Below are positions 45,118 to 58,541 of a DNA stretch of 64,000 nt, piece by piece. The notes beneath the pieces were generated by a model. That model was given only the letters and a program-made list of their open reading frames with translations, searched no databases and was not told where the DNA came from. Numbering within the stretch: position 1 is the stretch's first letter; each line of letters opens with the position of its first letter. The stretch covers positions 5,596-69,595 of the forward strand of contig DAOMYL010000003.1 of the NCBI GenBank assembly GCA_035437565.1, in the 5' to 3' direction. The position numbers and the translations under genes are program-made. The DNA is from a bacterium. GTDB taxonomy: Bacteria > Patescibacteriota > Gracilibacteria > BD1-5 > UBA2023.

Positions 45118-45471
45118 TTATTTGATCTCCTTGAGACGAGCGGACTTTCCGCGAAGCGATCGGATGAATCCGATATTCTTGCGGCGCACCTTGAACTTGC
45201 GAAGTACACGGATGCTCGTAACCGTAGGACACTGAAGAGGAATAACCTTCTCCACTCCGACACCGCTCATCTCCTTACGGACAACAATAGCGCGGGTAAG
45301 GGGTGAGTTTCCGCGGGTGTGGATGACGAGTCCCGTGAACTTCTGCTGACGCTCCTTGGCCCCCTCCGTAAATGTCTGGATAATCTCCACTTCATCTCCC
45401 GTGCGTACATCGGGGATCTCCTCGTTCTTCGTGAATTGGCTCTGTATAGCCTGTACCAATGTCGCGTCCAT
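45118..45471 (-). CDS. rplS: 50S ribosomal protein L19
   Basis: 117 aa; IPDVRTGDEVEI, QKFTGLVIHTRGNS and SIRVLRKFKVRRKNIGFIR. Confidence 0.93.
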   Translation of the reverse strand: MDATLVQAIQSQFTKNEEIPDVRTGDEVEIIQTFTEGAKERQQKFTGLVIHTRGNSPLTRAIVVRKEMSGVGVEKVIPLQCPTVTSIRVLRKFKVRRKNIGFIRSLRGKSARLKEIK

Positions 45472-45508
45472 AGTCTCGCGTGTGTTTAGGATTGTTGGAA
45501 GTGGGGCA

Positions 45509-45535
45509 ATTATATGGAAAAATCCATGATTGCAA
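45509..45535 (-). promoter_or_regulatory. sigma70-like promoter of rplS
   Basis: Minus strand: TTGCAA (45535-45530), 15-nt spacer, TATAAT (45514-45509). The spacer is short by my count. Confidence 0.45.
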
Positions 45536-45551
45536 ACGATTTTTGATCTTC

Positions 45552-46232
45552 CTACACCCGACGGACAGGATTGCGGGCATAAGAGTTATACGCGTATCTT
45601 TTTATGTCCTCGGCCCCCCGAGCAGCGCTGTCGAGGTCGACATTGCACGCCCGCATAATGTCATTGCGAAATTTTTGAGTCAAATCAGCGTCCACACCGG
45701 CTTCACCCAAATCGAGGCAGAGGGATTTGAGGGATTTGGCGAAATAAGATTCGGCGAGACCTTCGAGTGTTTTCGGATCGACTCCGCGTGCAAAAGTGTG
45801 AATCGCCCATACCGCCATACCGAGCGTGGAAGCAATCAGGGCATACACGGCAACATCCTCAACCATGACCGAGTATCCCTTCAACTTCTCGATCATCATC
45901 AAGAGAGAGACTGGCCCTCATACGCTTACAGAGGTAAAAAAAGCATACCCGAATCTTCGGGCCGCTCGTAGCTGGTGCGTACGAACATCATGGTCGAGCG
46001 CCATGTCTGAAACGGATGAATTCTCGAGCAACCTCTTGACACGATTGTCCAGATCTCTCAATAACGTCGCTGCCTTGGATTGCGTCGGCTCAAAACTGAC
46101 TCGCAATGGCCCCGGTACGTCTGTTGGTGAAAAATTCGCGATTTGATTTAAACTATCCTCCACACTGCCTAGAGTCTCTTTAAGCCTTTGTATGTCTTCA
46201 AGACGGTCTTGAAGAACAGCTAAATCAGCCAT
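45552..46232 (-). CDS. hypothetical protein (226 aa), coiled-coil N-terminus and central hydrophobic segment
   Basis: Same-frame merge of 45918..46232 and 45552..45902 through TGA at 45918. TAG stop. No motif recognised. Confidence 0.55.
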
Positions 46233-46387
46233 GGGAAATCGTTATACTGGTAGTAATTTTCTTGTATTTATTTTTTATCGTAAGTCAAATCTATCTCATA
46301 GTAGGGCAAATGGCAACGAAAAAGGTTCGTACGAATCGAAAACAACAACAATCCAGAGTTATCTCGAAGCCAAACTGCAATGGATTG

Positions 46388-47071
46388 CTACTTCGCCAAA
46401 CTATACCCTCCTCCCCGCTCGTCCGATACCACCTGCCCTTCATCGAAGGCGATGACCCGCTTCTTCATGCGGTCCACCATCGCCGAGTCGTGCGTGGCCA
46501 CGATGACGGTCTTGCCGGATTCGTGGAGCTCCGTCAGGATCTTCATGATCTCGGCGGAATTCTTGGGATCGAGGTTTCCGGTCGGCTCATCGCCGATAAT
46601 GACGTCTGGATCGTGAATGAGTGCCCGGGCGATCGCCACGCGCTGCACCTCTCCCCCCGAGAGCTCGTGGATGAATTGGTGTGTCTTGGAGAGGAGTCAT
46701 ACCTGAGACAATACCTCCGGCACGCGCGCCGAGATATGCAGGTCATCGTACCCTGACACCTCCATGGCAAAGGCGACATTCTCGTAGACGGTCTTGGATT
46801 TGAGGAGCTTAAAATCCTGGAAGATGACTCCGATATTGCGGCGATAGCGGGCCATAGCCCGGGATCGGTAGGAGTAGACGTTCCCTCCTTGGTTATCAAT
46901 GAACATTCCTCCTTTCGGCGGGAAATCCCCGATGAGCATACGGATGAAGCTCGTCTTACCAGAGCCGGATCCTCCGATGAGGAAGACGAATTCCCCCGGC
47001 TCGATGACGACCGAGACATTGCGGAGAATGGTTTTGTGCCCGTACGCCAGGGTGATGCCTTCGAATCTCAT
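46388..47071 (-). CDS. ftsE: cell-division ABC ATPase FtsE
   Basis: Walker A GGSGSGKTS, signature LSGGEVQRVAIARAL and Walker B VIIGDEPTGNLD. TGA at 46697. Confidence 0.88.
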
Positions 47072-48259
47072 TTACCAGAGTTTTGTTACGTCGTTGACGG
47101 CCACAAATATACTCAAGACAATGAGAATGGCAAATCACGCGAGATGGATATACCCCTCCACGAGGGCACCGAGATCGGCGGATCGGGGAAATGCCCGATG
47201 GAGCGCGGCGCGAATCACGAGAATGACAGCCCTTCCGCCATCGAGCGCGGGAATAGGGAGGATATTGAATACGCCGAGATTCACTGACAGGAGTGCCATC
47301 ATGACGAATATGACGGAGACAGGAACCGAGACGGAGACGAGATCCACGAAGAGATTGCCGATACCGATAGGCCCAGAGAGGCTCTCGACTGCGTGGGTAC
47401 GGTCTTCTGGCACTGCCGGCACGATGATATTGGACACGAGCGTGCTGAGGAGCGAGAACGTGAGCTGTATCTGTGCTCCCGTCTCACGCACGGCGACTCC
47501 AGCGGCCTGCCAGAATGAATAACGGTACTCAAAACCGGGATCGAGTACGAGACCGGAGTATCCGATATGTGCACCAATCTTGCCATCGGCAAGTGGAACC
47601 TCCACGACAATTTCTTCCCCCGCCCGCTCTACACCAAGACGGACGGACGACCCCTGTGCACCTGCCACCAGAGCAACAGCCTGGGATGGATCAGAGACGG
47701 CCACGCCATCAACGCTCGCAAGGATGTCGCCCTCAGTGATCCCCACCTCCCGGGCAGGACTCGTGCCCTTTGTGATCGGCGCGATGGAGATACCATCGGT
47801 CTTGAGGAGTCCGGATTCCACCGCTTGGCGCACGGTCGGCACGAGCCGAGATTCCACGGATTCATCGGGAAATTCCGCATTCACCCCAACGGGATGCACA
47901 CCCCAAAAGAACAGCCCCCAGAGAATTAGGAATGCGAGGAGAAAATTCATGGCCACGCCCGCCACGGTAATGAAGAGCTTGGCAGGCAAGGATGCGGCGG
48001 CGAACGAACCGGGAGTTGCTGTTCCGGTCTCGTCTTCTTCGAGCATTCGCACGAATCCGCCGATTGGGAGCCAGTTAATGGTGTATTCGGTGCCGGAGCT
48101 ATCCCGGGCGATCGTTGCCGCCTTTGGCGGTATGCCGACACCGAACTCCTCCACGTGTACCCTCGACAGGCGTGCAGCCAAGAAATGACCGAGCTCGTGG
48201 ATGACGATAACCGCAAGGAATACTCCGAGCGCGAGCAAGATTCAAAGAAAGACGATCAC
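47072..48259 (-). CDS. rseP: RIP metalloprotease RseP (M50 site-2 protease with PDZ domain)
   Basis: HELGHFLAAR zinc motif, a PDZ segment and NILPIPALDGG. TGA at 48242 and 47135. The final TM FAILIVLSIFVAV lies after the second TGA. Its TAA directly abuts the ftsE ATG (TAAATG). Confidence 0.88.
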
Positions 48260-48262
48260 CGG

Positions 48263-48589
48263 TTACGCGTGAACGGACGAAACTTTTCGGCTCGACAAAT
48301 CCTCCTTGAGATGGTCGAACAAGTGATTTACGAGGTCATCGAGATTGGTATAGTCCTCACGAGAGTAGTAGAAGTTTTCTCCAGGGAATGCGGCTCGCAA
48401 AGAAGCCGCGAATTTTCCCTTCTCGCTTTGTTCCACGACGAGCTTGATCTTCCCCTCGGCGTCCGGATGTTTTCCGTACATGTTGAGGTATCGGTCGAGT
48501 TTGTTGTCCACATTTGCTTGTGCGAGACGCTCGATCACTTCCCGGTCATGCTCAACGTTCTTGAGGGTCAGCTCGATCTGTGGTGTCAT
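48263..48589 (-). CDS. hpf: ribosome hibernation promoting factor (S30EA / HPF family, short form)
   Basis: 108 aa; MTPQIELTLKNVEHDREVIERL ... YSREDYTNLDDLVNHLFDHLKEDL follows the HPF/RaiA pattern. TAA stop 3 nt before the rseP start. Confidence 0.7.
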   Translation of the reverse strand: MTPQIELTLKNVEHDREVIERLAQANVDNKLDRYLNMYGKHPDAEGKIKLVVEQSEKGKFAASLRAAFPGENFYYSREDYTNLDDLVNHLFDHLKEDLSSRKVSSVHA

Positions 48590-48833
48590 AAAGCGAGAAA
48601 GTTAGAAGACGTTTCCTCGTGAAGAGGATGGGAGAGTATATCCCTCTTGTCGTTAAGCGTAAAGGGGAAATTATTCTTTTTCTGGGAGTTCTGCCTGGAC
48701 TTCCTGGTACAACATGTCAAAAGCAAGAAAAGAACAATGCGGCAAGCACGCAGGCGAGTGGGGGGCGAAGAAAATGGTATTGGCCGAATCGATATTCCGG
48801 ATACAATCGGGAAAAGACTTCTTCGCCCATCCA

Positions 48834-49850
48834 ATGGTCATCCGGTCGAGCCAACCATCTACCGCCCGCATCGTCTCACCAAAAGAAGATACGAAGCATC
48901 CGTCCGACAACCCGGCACTTCGTCCGCGATCTTTCGATGAGTACGTGGGACAATCCGATGTAGTGGGGAGACTCCGGGTCGCGACCGAATCAGCCCGTAT
49001 CCGACAAACACCCCTGGAGCACGTACTCTTCTATGGTCCTCCGTGACTCGGCAAAACGACGCTCGCGAATATCCTCTCGCACGAGATGGGAGCACACCTG
49101 CGACAAACCTCATGACCCGCATGTCAGAAGCCGAGCGATCTCATATCCATCCTCACGGGACTCAAGGATGGCGACATGCTCTTCATTGACGAGATGCACC
49201 GTCTCCCTCCTGCACTCGAAGAGATCTGCTACTCCGCAATGGAAGATCGGACGATCGACATCATGATCGGATCCGGTACAGGAGCCACGAGTGTGACAAT
49301 GAATATCGCTCCTTTTACCCTCATCGGTGCCACGACGAGACTGTCGCTTCTTTCTGGACCCCTGCGTGACCGATTCGGAAATATCCTCAAGCTCGACCTC
49401 TACGATGAGGAAGAACTCGCCCGTATCGCCCGCCGGTCGATGAGCCTCCTCGGATATGACGGCCTGCCGAACGAGGCAGTATCGCTCATTGCGCGCCGCG
49501 GACGCGGGACTCCGCGTATCGTGAATCGCTATGCGAAGATCCTGCGCGACTACGCGACCGTGGGGCGTGATATTGCCTCTCCCGAGGCTATCAGCTCGGT
49601 CTTCATGGAGATCGGCGTGGATAATGAATGACTCGACCAAATCGACCGGACACTCTTACAGGCACTCTCGGTCACATTCGCTGGGCGGGCGGTATGAGTA
49701 GGCACGCTCGCGGCGTATCTCGGAGAGGAAGCCGAAACTCTCGAGGACGTGATCGAGCCATACCTCCTGAAGAAGGGCTACATGGAAAGAACGCCCGCAT
49801 GACGACGAATCACGCGGGCAGGAGAATCGATTATCAGAACGCTCGGCTAA
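48834..49850 (+). CDS. ruvB: Holliday junction branch-migration ATPase RuvB
   Basis: [12 protein letters not shown], Walker A GPP[G]LGKTT, TS[G][35 protein letters not shown][G]VGTLA and RTPA[G]RRIT. TGA at 49044, 49110, 49629, 49695 and 49800. Start uncertain (48714, 48774 or 48834). Confidence 0.93.
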
Positions 49851-50320
49851 TTCAGGAATCCATTTATCCTCGTAATGGTATCCGAACGCACAGACACGGC
49901 CCCCTGCAATGGGGAAAAGCAACTTTGGAGATCGCGCAGACTTGCCATAGCACTGGCTCATAGCTGAATAAACTTCGGATTCGGAACGAAGAGCTTCGGA
50001 GCCTTCTCCCGAGACTGCATAATTCCGAGGGGGAGATACGTACTGCCGACCATGATTCCGACTTCAATATGATCGCCGTAACTGTCGGTTCTTTGGATAT
50101 CGTACACCTGCTTGTAGTATGCCTTGGCCCTGGCAAGGGCAGCTGGATCAAATCGGACGCGGAGAAGATTCGCGCATGCTCCAACCAATTCAGCATTGTC
50201 CCGAATCCAATGGAAGAACTCTCACTCGCCACCCTCCTCAAAACGAGAAGCTCATGGGAGGGCACTTCCATTCTTCTGCAGGCCATCAGCCACGAATCGT
50301 CCGAGTTGGTCGAGCGACAT
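49847..50320 (-). CDS. hypothetical protein (157 aa)
   Basis: Extension of track ORF 49958..50188 through TGA at 50252, 50222 and 49958. ATG at 50320. TAG at 49847 overlaps the ruvB TAA. Confidence 0.5.
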
Positions 50321-50345
50321 ATTCGTATCATTAGTTGGTACGTTT

Positions 50346-50376
50346 ATATTAAAACACAGTAATTTTTAATCGTCAA
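50346..50376 (-). promoter_or_regulatory. possible sigma70-like promoter for the 49847..50320 gene
   Basis: Minus strand: TTGACG (50376-50371), 17-19 nt spacer, TTTAAT/TAATAT. Confidence 0.35.
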
Positions 50377-50802
50377 TATTCCTCTACTTATTTTTGCGCC
50401 ATAGTATTCTTGTTTCGGACCTTACAGTATTCCATCAAAAGAACCATCGCCACGATGTTGCGGTTGGAGTTTCCTGGCTTGGCAATTCTCCGGTTCGCAG
50501 CGGACGTCTCGGCGGATGCCGATATTTCACCTCCAGCACCGAACGCATCCGTACCCCCCTCGTAGCGGTTGGTAGGCCTGACTCACCTACGAGTATTCCT
50601 GTTTTTATTACAGGAACATGGAGAAGAAAAATAAAAACGAATCTTCGGGAAGAAGACTCGTCTCGATCTCGAAGCCCCGCTTCGCTCTCGGGAGCAACCT
50701 GCCTTTCTCTACCAGAAGAATACAACACCAAAAGGCCGAAGCGATACGTGGGAGGAGGCGACTACATGGAGCATGAGGACATACGGATGGAAAAGGAAGA
50801 GA

Positions 50803-50830
50803 TAAAAAAATCCTCTCCCGCGGGAGAGGA
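50803..50830 (-). terminator. strong intrinsic terminator with no CDS directly upstream
   Basis: Perfect palindrome TCCTCTCCCG/CGGGAGAGGA (50811-50830). On the minus strand it is followed by seven T. Confidence 0.7.
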
Positions 50831-50955
50831 TAACCGATACAATGAACAAAGCCTACGTTCGAGAAACCGCTCCCGCCATGTGGAAGACGTAAAACGAGCA
50901 AAAGTAGGACTGTCGACTCATGGAAATCGGTAACGAGTGAGGAAAGACAATACTC

Positions 50956-50986
50956 TGAAAACCCCGAAAGCAAACAGATTTTTCGG
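50956..50986 (-). terminator. intrinsic terminator after the LacI-like fragment
   Basis: Minus strand: CCGAAA-AATCTGTTTGC-TTTCGG followed by GGTTTTC. It begins 7 nt after the TAG at 50993. Confidence 0.55.
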
Positions 50987-50992
50987 TATCAC

Positions 50993-51529
50993 CTAGGCAC
51001 GCGACTCGGGCAAAGCATTTTCGAGTTTGCCCAAGAATCTCAAGGGACGGTCATCATCGTACGCGATGATGGTCGTATTCTCCGGGATGGTGATTCATTT
51101 CGCCGCACAGCGTGCGAGCAGGTCATCGGCGATACAGGATATCACTACGACAGGTGGTACAGCTCCGGAGAGCGCGAGCCTCGTCATGAGCTCAGCGATA
51201 CCCCAAGCCGTAAATGCCACATAGTTGGCAACGATCACGGAGGGAGGATTCGCCGATGCGATAGCACTCGTCAAACGTGCATGAAGCCCGTCACGCATCT
51301 GAACGAACACCTCGGGCAAGATGCCATTCGGGAATGCCTCGGGATCTTCTGGTTTGAATCTGGGTGGCAACAATACCGAGTCTACGGCGTGATCGTTTCT
51401 CTCCAGGACACGCACGGTAGCACTGAGTCGATCGGAGAAAGTATCGAAGACGAGAGCGGACGAAGAAGGATCTTCAGAAGAAAGCACGTCGGACACGGGC
51501 GGTCGATAGTAAGATTTCGGTAAGTACAT
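50993..51529 (-). CDS. LacI-type sugar-binding (periplasmic-binding-fold) fragment without an HTH domain; possible gene remnant
   Basis: 178 aa; PPSVIVANYVAFTAWGIAELMTRL and K[G]ITIPENTTIIAYDDD match the C-terminal subdomain of LacI/PurR regulators. No DNA-binding N-terminus is encoded upstream. Confidence 0.45.
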
Positions 51530-51545
51530 ACTATACCAAAATCTC

Positions 51546-51584
51546 CGAAAAAAAACAAAAACCTCTTCCTGAGAGAAAGAGGTA
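51546..51584 (-). terminator. intrinsic terminator after gyrB
   Basis: Minus strand: ACCTCTT-TCTCTCAGG-AAGAGGT (7-bp stem) followed by TTTTGTTTTTTT. Confidence 0.7.
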
Positions 51585-51603
51585 CAGTGTCGGTATGAGA
51601 AAA

Positions 51604-53592
<1,989 letters not shown>

Positions 53593-53667
53593 TCACCCTC
53601 CCGTGAAACGTTGCGTCTGGAGGGAAAACGAATACAATCTTCTGCCATCCAATAAACTCCCAACGAC

Positions 53668-54336
53668 ATGGGCAACGCGCATATCATCACGGAACACAAG
53701 GACGACACGCTCGAAAACTACTTCTTCGGCCTCATCATGGCAAAAGCCGTAACCTACGAGACGATCGATGGGGTGCTCGCGAAAATCCGCTATCTCCCGA
53801 CAGAACTGGGAGACCGCACGAGCGAGATGCGTTGGCTCTCTGAAGAAGAGCGTATGGCAATCATTTGAATGCTGCTCGGATCGGGATTCGATGGAGACTT
53901 CGACGGAATCCGGAAGTATGTGAACCGCACGTTCTTGGAACACATGGATATAATCCGAAAAATGCCGTACGAAGAGCGTGGGGCCATCCCCTCTCTCATT
54001 CTGAATATCGTAGAGAACCTCATCGATATTCACGACTCAAATGCCATGAATTTCGTCATGCACGACAAGAAAGAAGATGTGGAACGACTCCTTTTGGAGT
54101 GTGTCGTCAATGCGACAAAAGAGCTCGGACGGGAGCTCCTCTCGATCCTCTCGAGCGTCCGCGACCTCTTCGAACGCACGGTCGGAGCAAACCATGCGGC
54201 GGAGCTTGCGACCATCTCAGGACGCGTGAAACGGGCGATGGAAAGTCTCGTGGAAAAATACGAATACGACCCCGAGATCGAGAATAATATCGAGCTCTTC
54301 CGAATCGACATGCAGCGACTCCGCAGCCGGCTGTAA
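53668..54336 (+). CDS. hypothetical helical protein (222 aa), upstream partner of giant ORF 2
   Basis: Track ORFs 53668..53868 and 53869..54336 share a frame, joined by TGA at 53866. TAA stop 47 nt before the next start. Confidence 0.6.
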
Positions 54337-54383
54337 GGAAAACCTGCACGAAAGCGCGTACGAAAAATCCTACTAGATTTCCA

Positions 54384-57300
54384 ATGAGCGACGCTCTTTT
54401 ATCCACGCGAGAAGACCCCTGCCAGACCGTACCGAATGCGAAGCCGGCACATACGTCCCCCATTCTTCCGCCGCTCGAATCAAATGAAGCCTTTCTCGCC
54501 GTGATTCATGCTCTCCGCGATGCCGAGGTTTCGAGTCCAGATCGCACCCGGAGTATCGATGCAATTATCGCAAAAACGACGGCAGGCACGGGAAGTCCTA
54601 GGATCAACAAGAATGGTGTGATGGCGATATACACGATTGCTTCGAGTCTCGCCGAAACATTCCAGAACCCTACATTCCAGCAAGATCCGAAAGAGCCTAT
54701 CCACTCTTTCGTTTCGAATCTCCCGGACATGTTCGAACCAGGGTCATGGATGAGATCCGTGATCGCTTCGGATCTTCCGCGAAACCGACGTGAAACACTC
54801 ATATACGGCACGTTTTTTATCTGGCTCGATCGGACGTATTTCCGGCACAAGGGAGCCCGAGTACCCGAACCAATACTCCGGTACCTCCAAGAAGATCATG
54901 TCCAGACACAGGGCGTCCACTTCTTGAAGGCGAGTCTCGATAGAATGGGGAGCAACAATGACAATCACCGGAACCGACACCTCGAACTCGGATTCTGTCT
55001 CCTCTCAGGAGACGACTCGCTCGAGATCGCGGAGCTCGTAGAGGAGGCGAAGCGACCGGAAAACCAGTGACTCGACAAACAAAGCTGCGTGGCACTCGAA
55101 AAAATAGAGACGGGTTTCCGGACTGCGGCGAACGTACTCAAGAATGAATTTCAAGAGCAAATCAACAGTACAAAAGGGGCGGCCACGATTTCGGACATCT
55201 CGAAGTTCCTCATCAAGACCGACCGAATTGTCGACCGCTTCGGTGTGCATATCAACCTGATGAACTGGTCGATGCAACCATATGCCGAGGAGCCGGCACA
55301 CCGTCCGTACATTCTCCTGCTTCGCAACCACATAGACCGAATAGAAAAGAGCGTCCGCGATGTACTGGATATCGTCTCGGATATCGAGAAGCTCTACCCT
55401 GCAAATTCCCCTTGGGCATCGAGCCAGAATGGAATGCTCGTTTCGGTCTTGCGACTCCGAATGCTCTGGCTCCAATACAATCTCTGCAAGATCCAGATCA
55501 ACACCGCCCCCTCCCTATTCGAGCAGAGAATACATAAAGGCGGAGGAAAAACGCAAGAGAACCACCAAATCTACGCAGCCGAGACAGAGCGTTTCACAAA
55601 GCGAATAGAACTCGGGGAACAAAATCTCTCCCAAATTATCGCGCTCTGCGATGATCTCGCCAGTCGGGAGCCGCGGTACGCACAATGTGCGGCGGCTGCC
55701 CCCTGGGACAATTCCGGATGACCGTCACAGATGCGGACCGGAGATCTCATCGATGCTATCATTGGGCACGCTACCACATCCCTCGATGCCGACAAGAATC
55801 GCGCATTGGAGCAAAGAGAAAAACGCAGAACTTACGGTATTCTCTGCAATTTCTCCTATCTCCCACTCATACTCGCACGCTACGAATCGAGACTTGAGTC
55901 ATCAGTGCGGCGCGACATCGAGAGTGGAATCTCAAATATCCTGCTCATGCAGGAAGAGAGAGATCCGAATACTCTCAACGATGTGGATCTGGTGACAGCG
56001 GAAAACGCACAAACCCGACGCCTCCAGTTCATTCGGAATTTCGCACAGGTACCACCGGAAAATCCGGACATTTTTCGCGAAACCGTAGAGAACGCATACC
56101 AACTCTTCCGGACTCTTCCTGCCGAAGAGCGCACCGACGACCTACTCTCGATGCTCGCTGATACGCTCATGCGACGTCTTCAAGAAGTCTGATCGCGGCG
56201 GACTTCGCTCCAGGCATCCCTCCTACTCTTCGAGGTGACGCAAGCACTCCGTCTATCATACTTTCGCAGTCCCCGAGGATCAAAAACACTTTCTGGTACG
56301 CTCTCTCGGATTTCACAGTTTGCCAAAACAAACTCAAGTGCTGGATCTTCATCGGATTCTCTCGGACGAATCTGTCTCGAGCTTGCCCGAGTCTCCGCCA
56401 TCATCGGAGCAGATCTCTGTACCAACCGGAAATACTCCGTTGTTCCGAAGGAATTAAAACAAGAATGCTTCGAGAGTCTCCGAAGAGCTCTCTACCTTCA
56501 TCCGAATTTTTCAGCGGTCCTCTCATCAATGGAGGCTGATGAGCTCCAGCGCATCAGCGTAATGCTCGACATCCAGAGTCCCACCGATCTGCTCACGAAG
56601 ACTCGTCCGGCAAAAGACGTACTGGTGAAAGGAATCAGGAGCATCGTTATGACGATGGGGTCGAGAGAGCGTTCGAGAGCACTCACGAACGCTCTCTCCA
56701 AGGAAATCGCCACGACCGTGAATGAATTGCTCGAAACGGAAGATGCCCAACACGCCAAGGCGACATGAACGGTAATCAACCATCTAAGAACCCGTCTCAC
56801 CAAGAGCGTCTTTGCGATGATCGGCGAAAAAATATTCCACGGCCGCTGAGTCGTCCATATGGCGATTCTCAAACCTGAATCATTCAAGACGTCCGAGGTG
56901 CCCGACTCATCAGCGATACTCTCGGCCGCGGTAAAGAACGAAGAAATTTCCCGAGATCAGCGCATCACGCCACTCGTGATTCATCCGTGAGTCGTGATAT
57001 TCGTGGCTCACGAGCCGACCGTCTCATCCCAGATCCGCTCCATTATTCAGTCCGAAGGACTGGAAGACTCGATGGAACGTCTCTGCGATGCCATACTCGA
57101 TCTCCAAGACGGCCTCGATGGAGCCAAGCTCGCGAAAAAATGTATCGAGGCTCTCCTGCCACGGAAGAGGAGTGGCATGATGAATGCCTGTGCCGGATGG
57201 GTCATCGATCCGGACACGGGCATTGCATCAGCTCTTGCGGGTGATTCAATCAATGAAAACAAGACTCCTGAGAATAGAGCTTCTTCTGTCGCCCGGGCCG

Positions 57301-58541
57301 CGAGTGCCTGCTATCTCGCTGTCACCGATGCTGGCGAAGCACAGGAATTCAAAAAACCTGGAAGTGAGTCTACCCATTATTTTCAGTCGCTCTACTTCCA
57401 GACATCAACACGCACTCCCCCATCTTGCCTGCGTCCCGGTGCGACAATTTTCCTCCAGGTAGTGCCGCAGTGAGAATACTTGTCACACCTCGTGAGAAAT
57501 GGAATCATTTCGGGGAGCGCGCTCGCAACGATACCGGCACACGAAGTCGCCGCCCTCGAGAATACCGTCCCACTGATCGGAACAATTTCCCATGTGAGCC
57601 AATGATGACAGGTGGACGTTATGATTACCGGACCACTCACCTTTGCCCGGCACTATCTCACAACCATGCGGGCAGCACGATCGGCGGGAGTCGTCTACAT
57701 CGATGAGCGGAGTATCCAAGGGTCCAATTCGGAACACGGCATGCTCACGGCACAATCACAAATAACGACCGGGAACCGCGGACAAACGGTCGCCCCGAGA
57801 GTCCTCATGAGCGGCCCTGGGTGAGAAAATATGAGAGGCGTCTGTTCGTTTCTTGGTCCGGATTCATTGCGAGTCGTCTTCGAGCTTTCGAGAGATGCGA
57901 TCTCAAGACTCGGCCCGTTTCTTGCGACACAGGGCGATCTGACAGTGGCGGTAAACATACTCTCCGATCTTCGAGCGAACCTCGTCTCTGCTCTCAGAAA
58001 CCTCTGTCGCAAAGACGAAACAGCAAAAGGGGAAATGGTCACCAAATACCTGGACCAAACCCTGCAAAGGATCCTCGACAATCCACAGGCGTCACCTGGA
58101 AAAAACTCCAGAATTTGAACTGAAACAGCACGAAAAATCCATTGGGGTGAGCTGATAAAAAGGACAATCCGCGCCGCAATCCCTCCGGAAAAAGACTACA
58201 CGCCCGATGCCGTAGATGAGATCATTCGAACCGTCGGTGACGATCTTATCGAGCACACGTCATCACACGATTCCATCTTCCACGAACTCCTCGCGCTCCC
58301 TGGGCTCGATGCCGCCAAAAATCCGCTCTTTCGCATAACAATAGACTCGAAAACACTTGAGCTTTCCACGGCAACGATCGACCATCTCAAAACACCGCTT
58401 ATCACGATGAACCCTCACTCTGGACTCGTGGAGCTGACATTCCGATATACCAGATCGGCGGAATCCAATAAGTTTGTCCGATCGTTGCGAGAGAAGCTTC
58501 TCTGAAACGATGCATCGGGAATGCGATCGACGCTTCTCTAG
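54384..58541 (+). CDS. giant hypothetical protein (1385 aa), no signal peptide, twelve in-frame TGA
   Basis: Track ORFs 54384..55070, 55089..55721, 55731..56192, 56235..56768, 56994..57473, 57612..57824 and 57831..58118 are all in frame 0. All gaps I translated contain only TGA. TAG at 58539-58541. No motif recognised; predominantly helical-looking sequence. Confidence 0.75.

Noticed and set aside
50808-50880. tRNA-like look of GCGGGAG ... CTCCCGC around the palindrome at 50811-50830.
   Set aside because: The enclosed segment is only about 43 nt, with no D, anticodon or T arms. The palindrome followed by a T run fits an intrinsic terminator.
50394-50933. A 179-aa ORF free of all three stop codons in the unexplained region.
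   Set aside because: The translation is Arg/Ser/Lys-rich and looks disordered. It has no start context or motif and runs across two minus-strand terminators. Kept only as part of the RNA-candidate finding.
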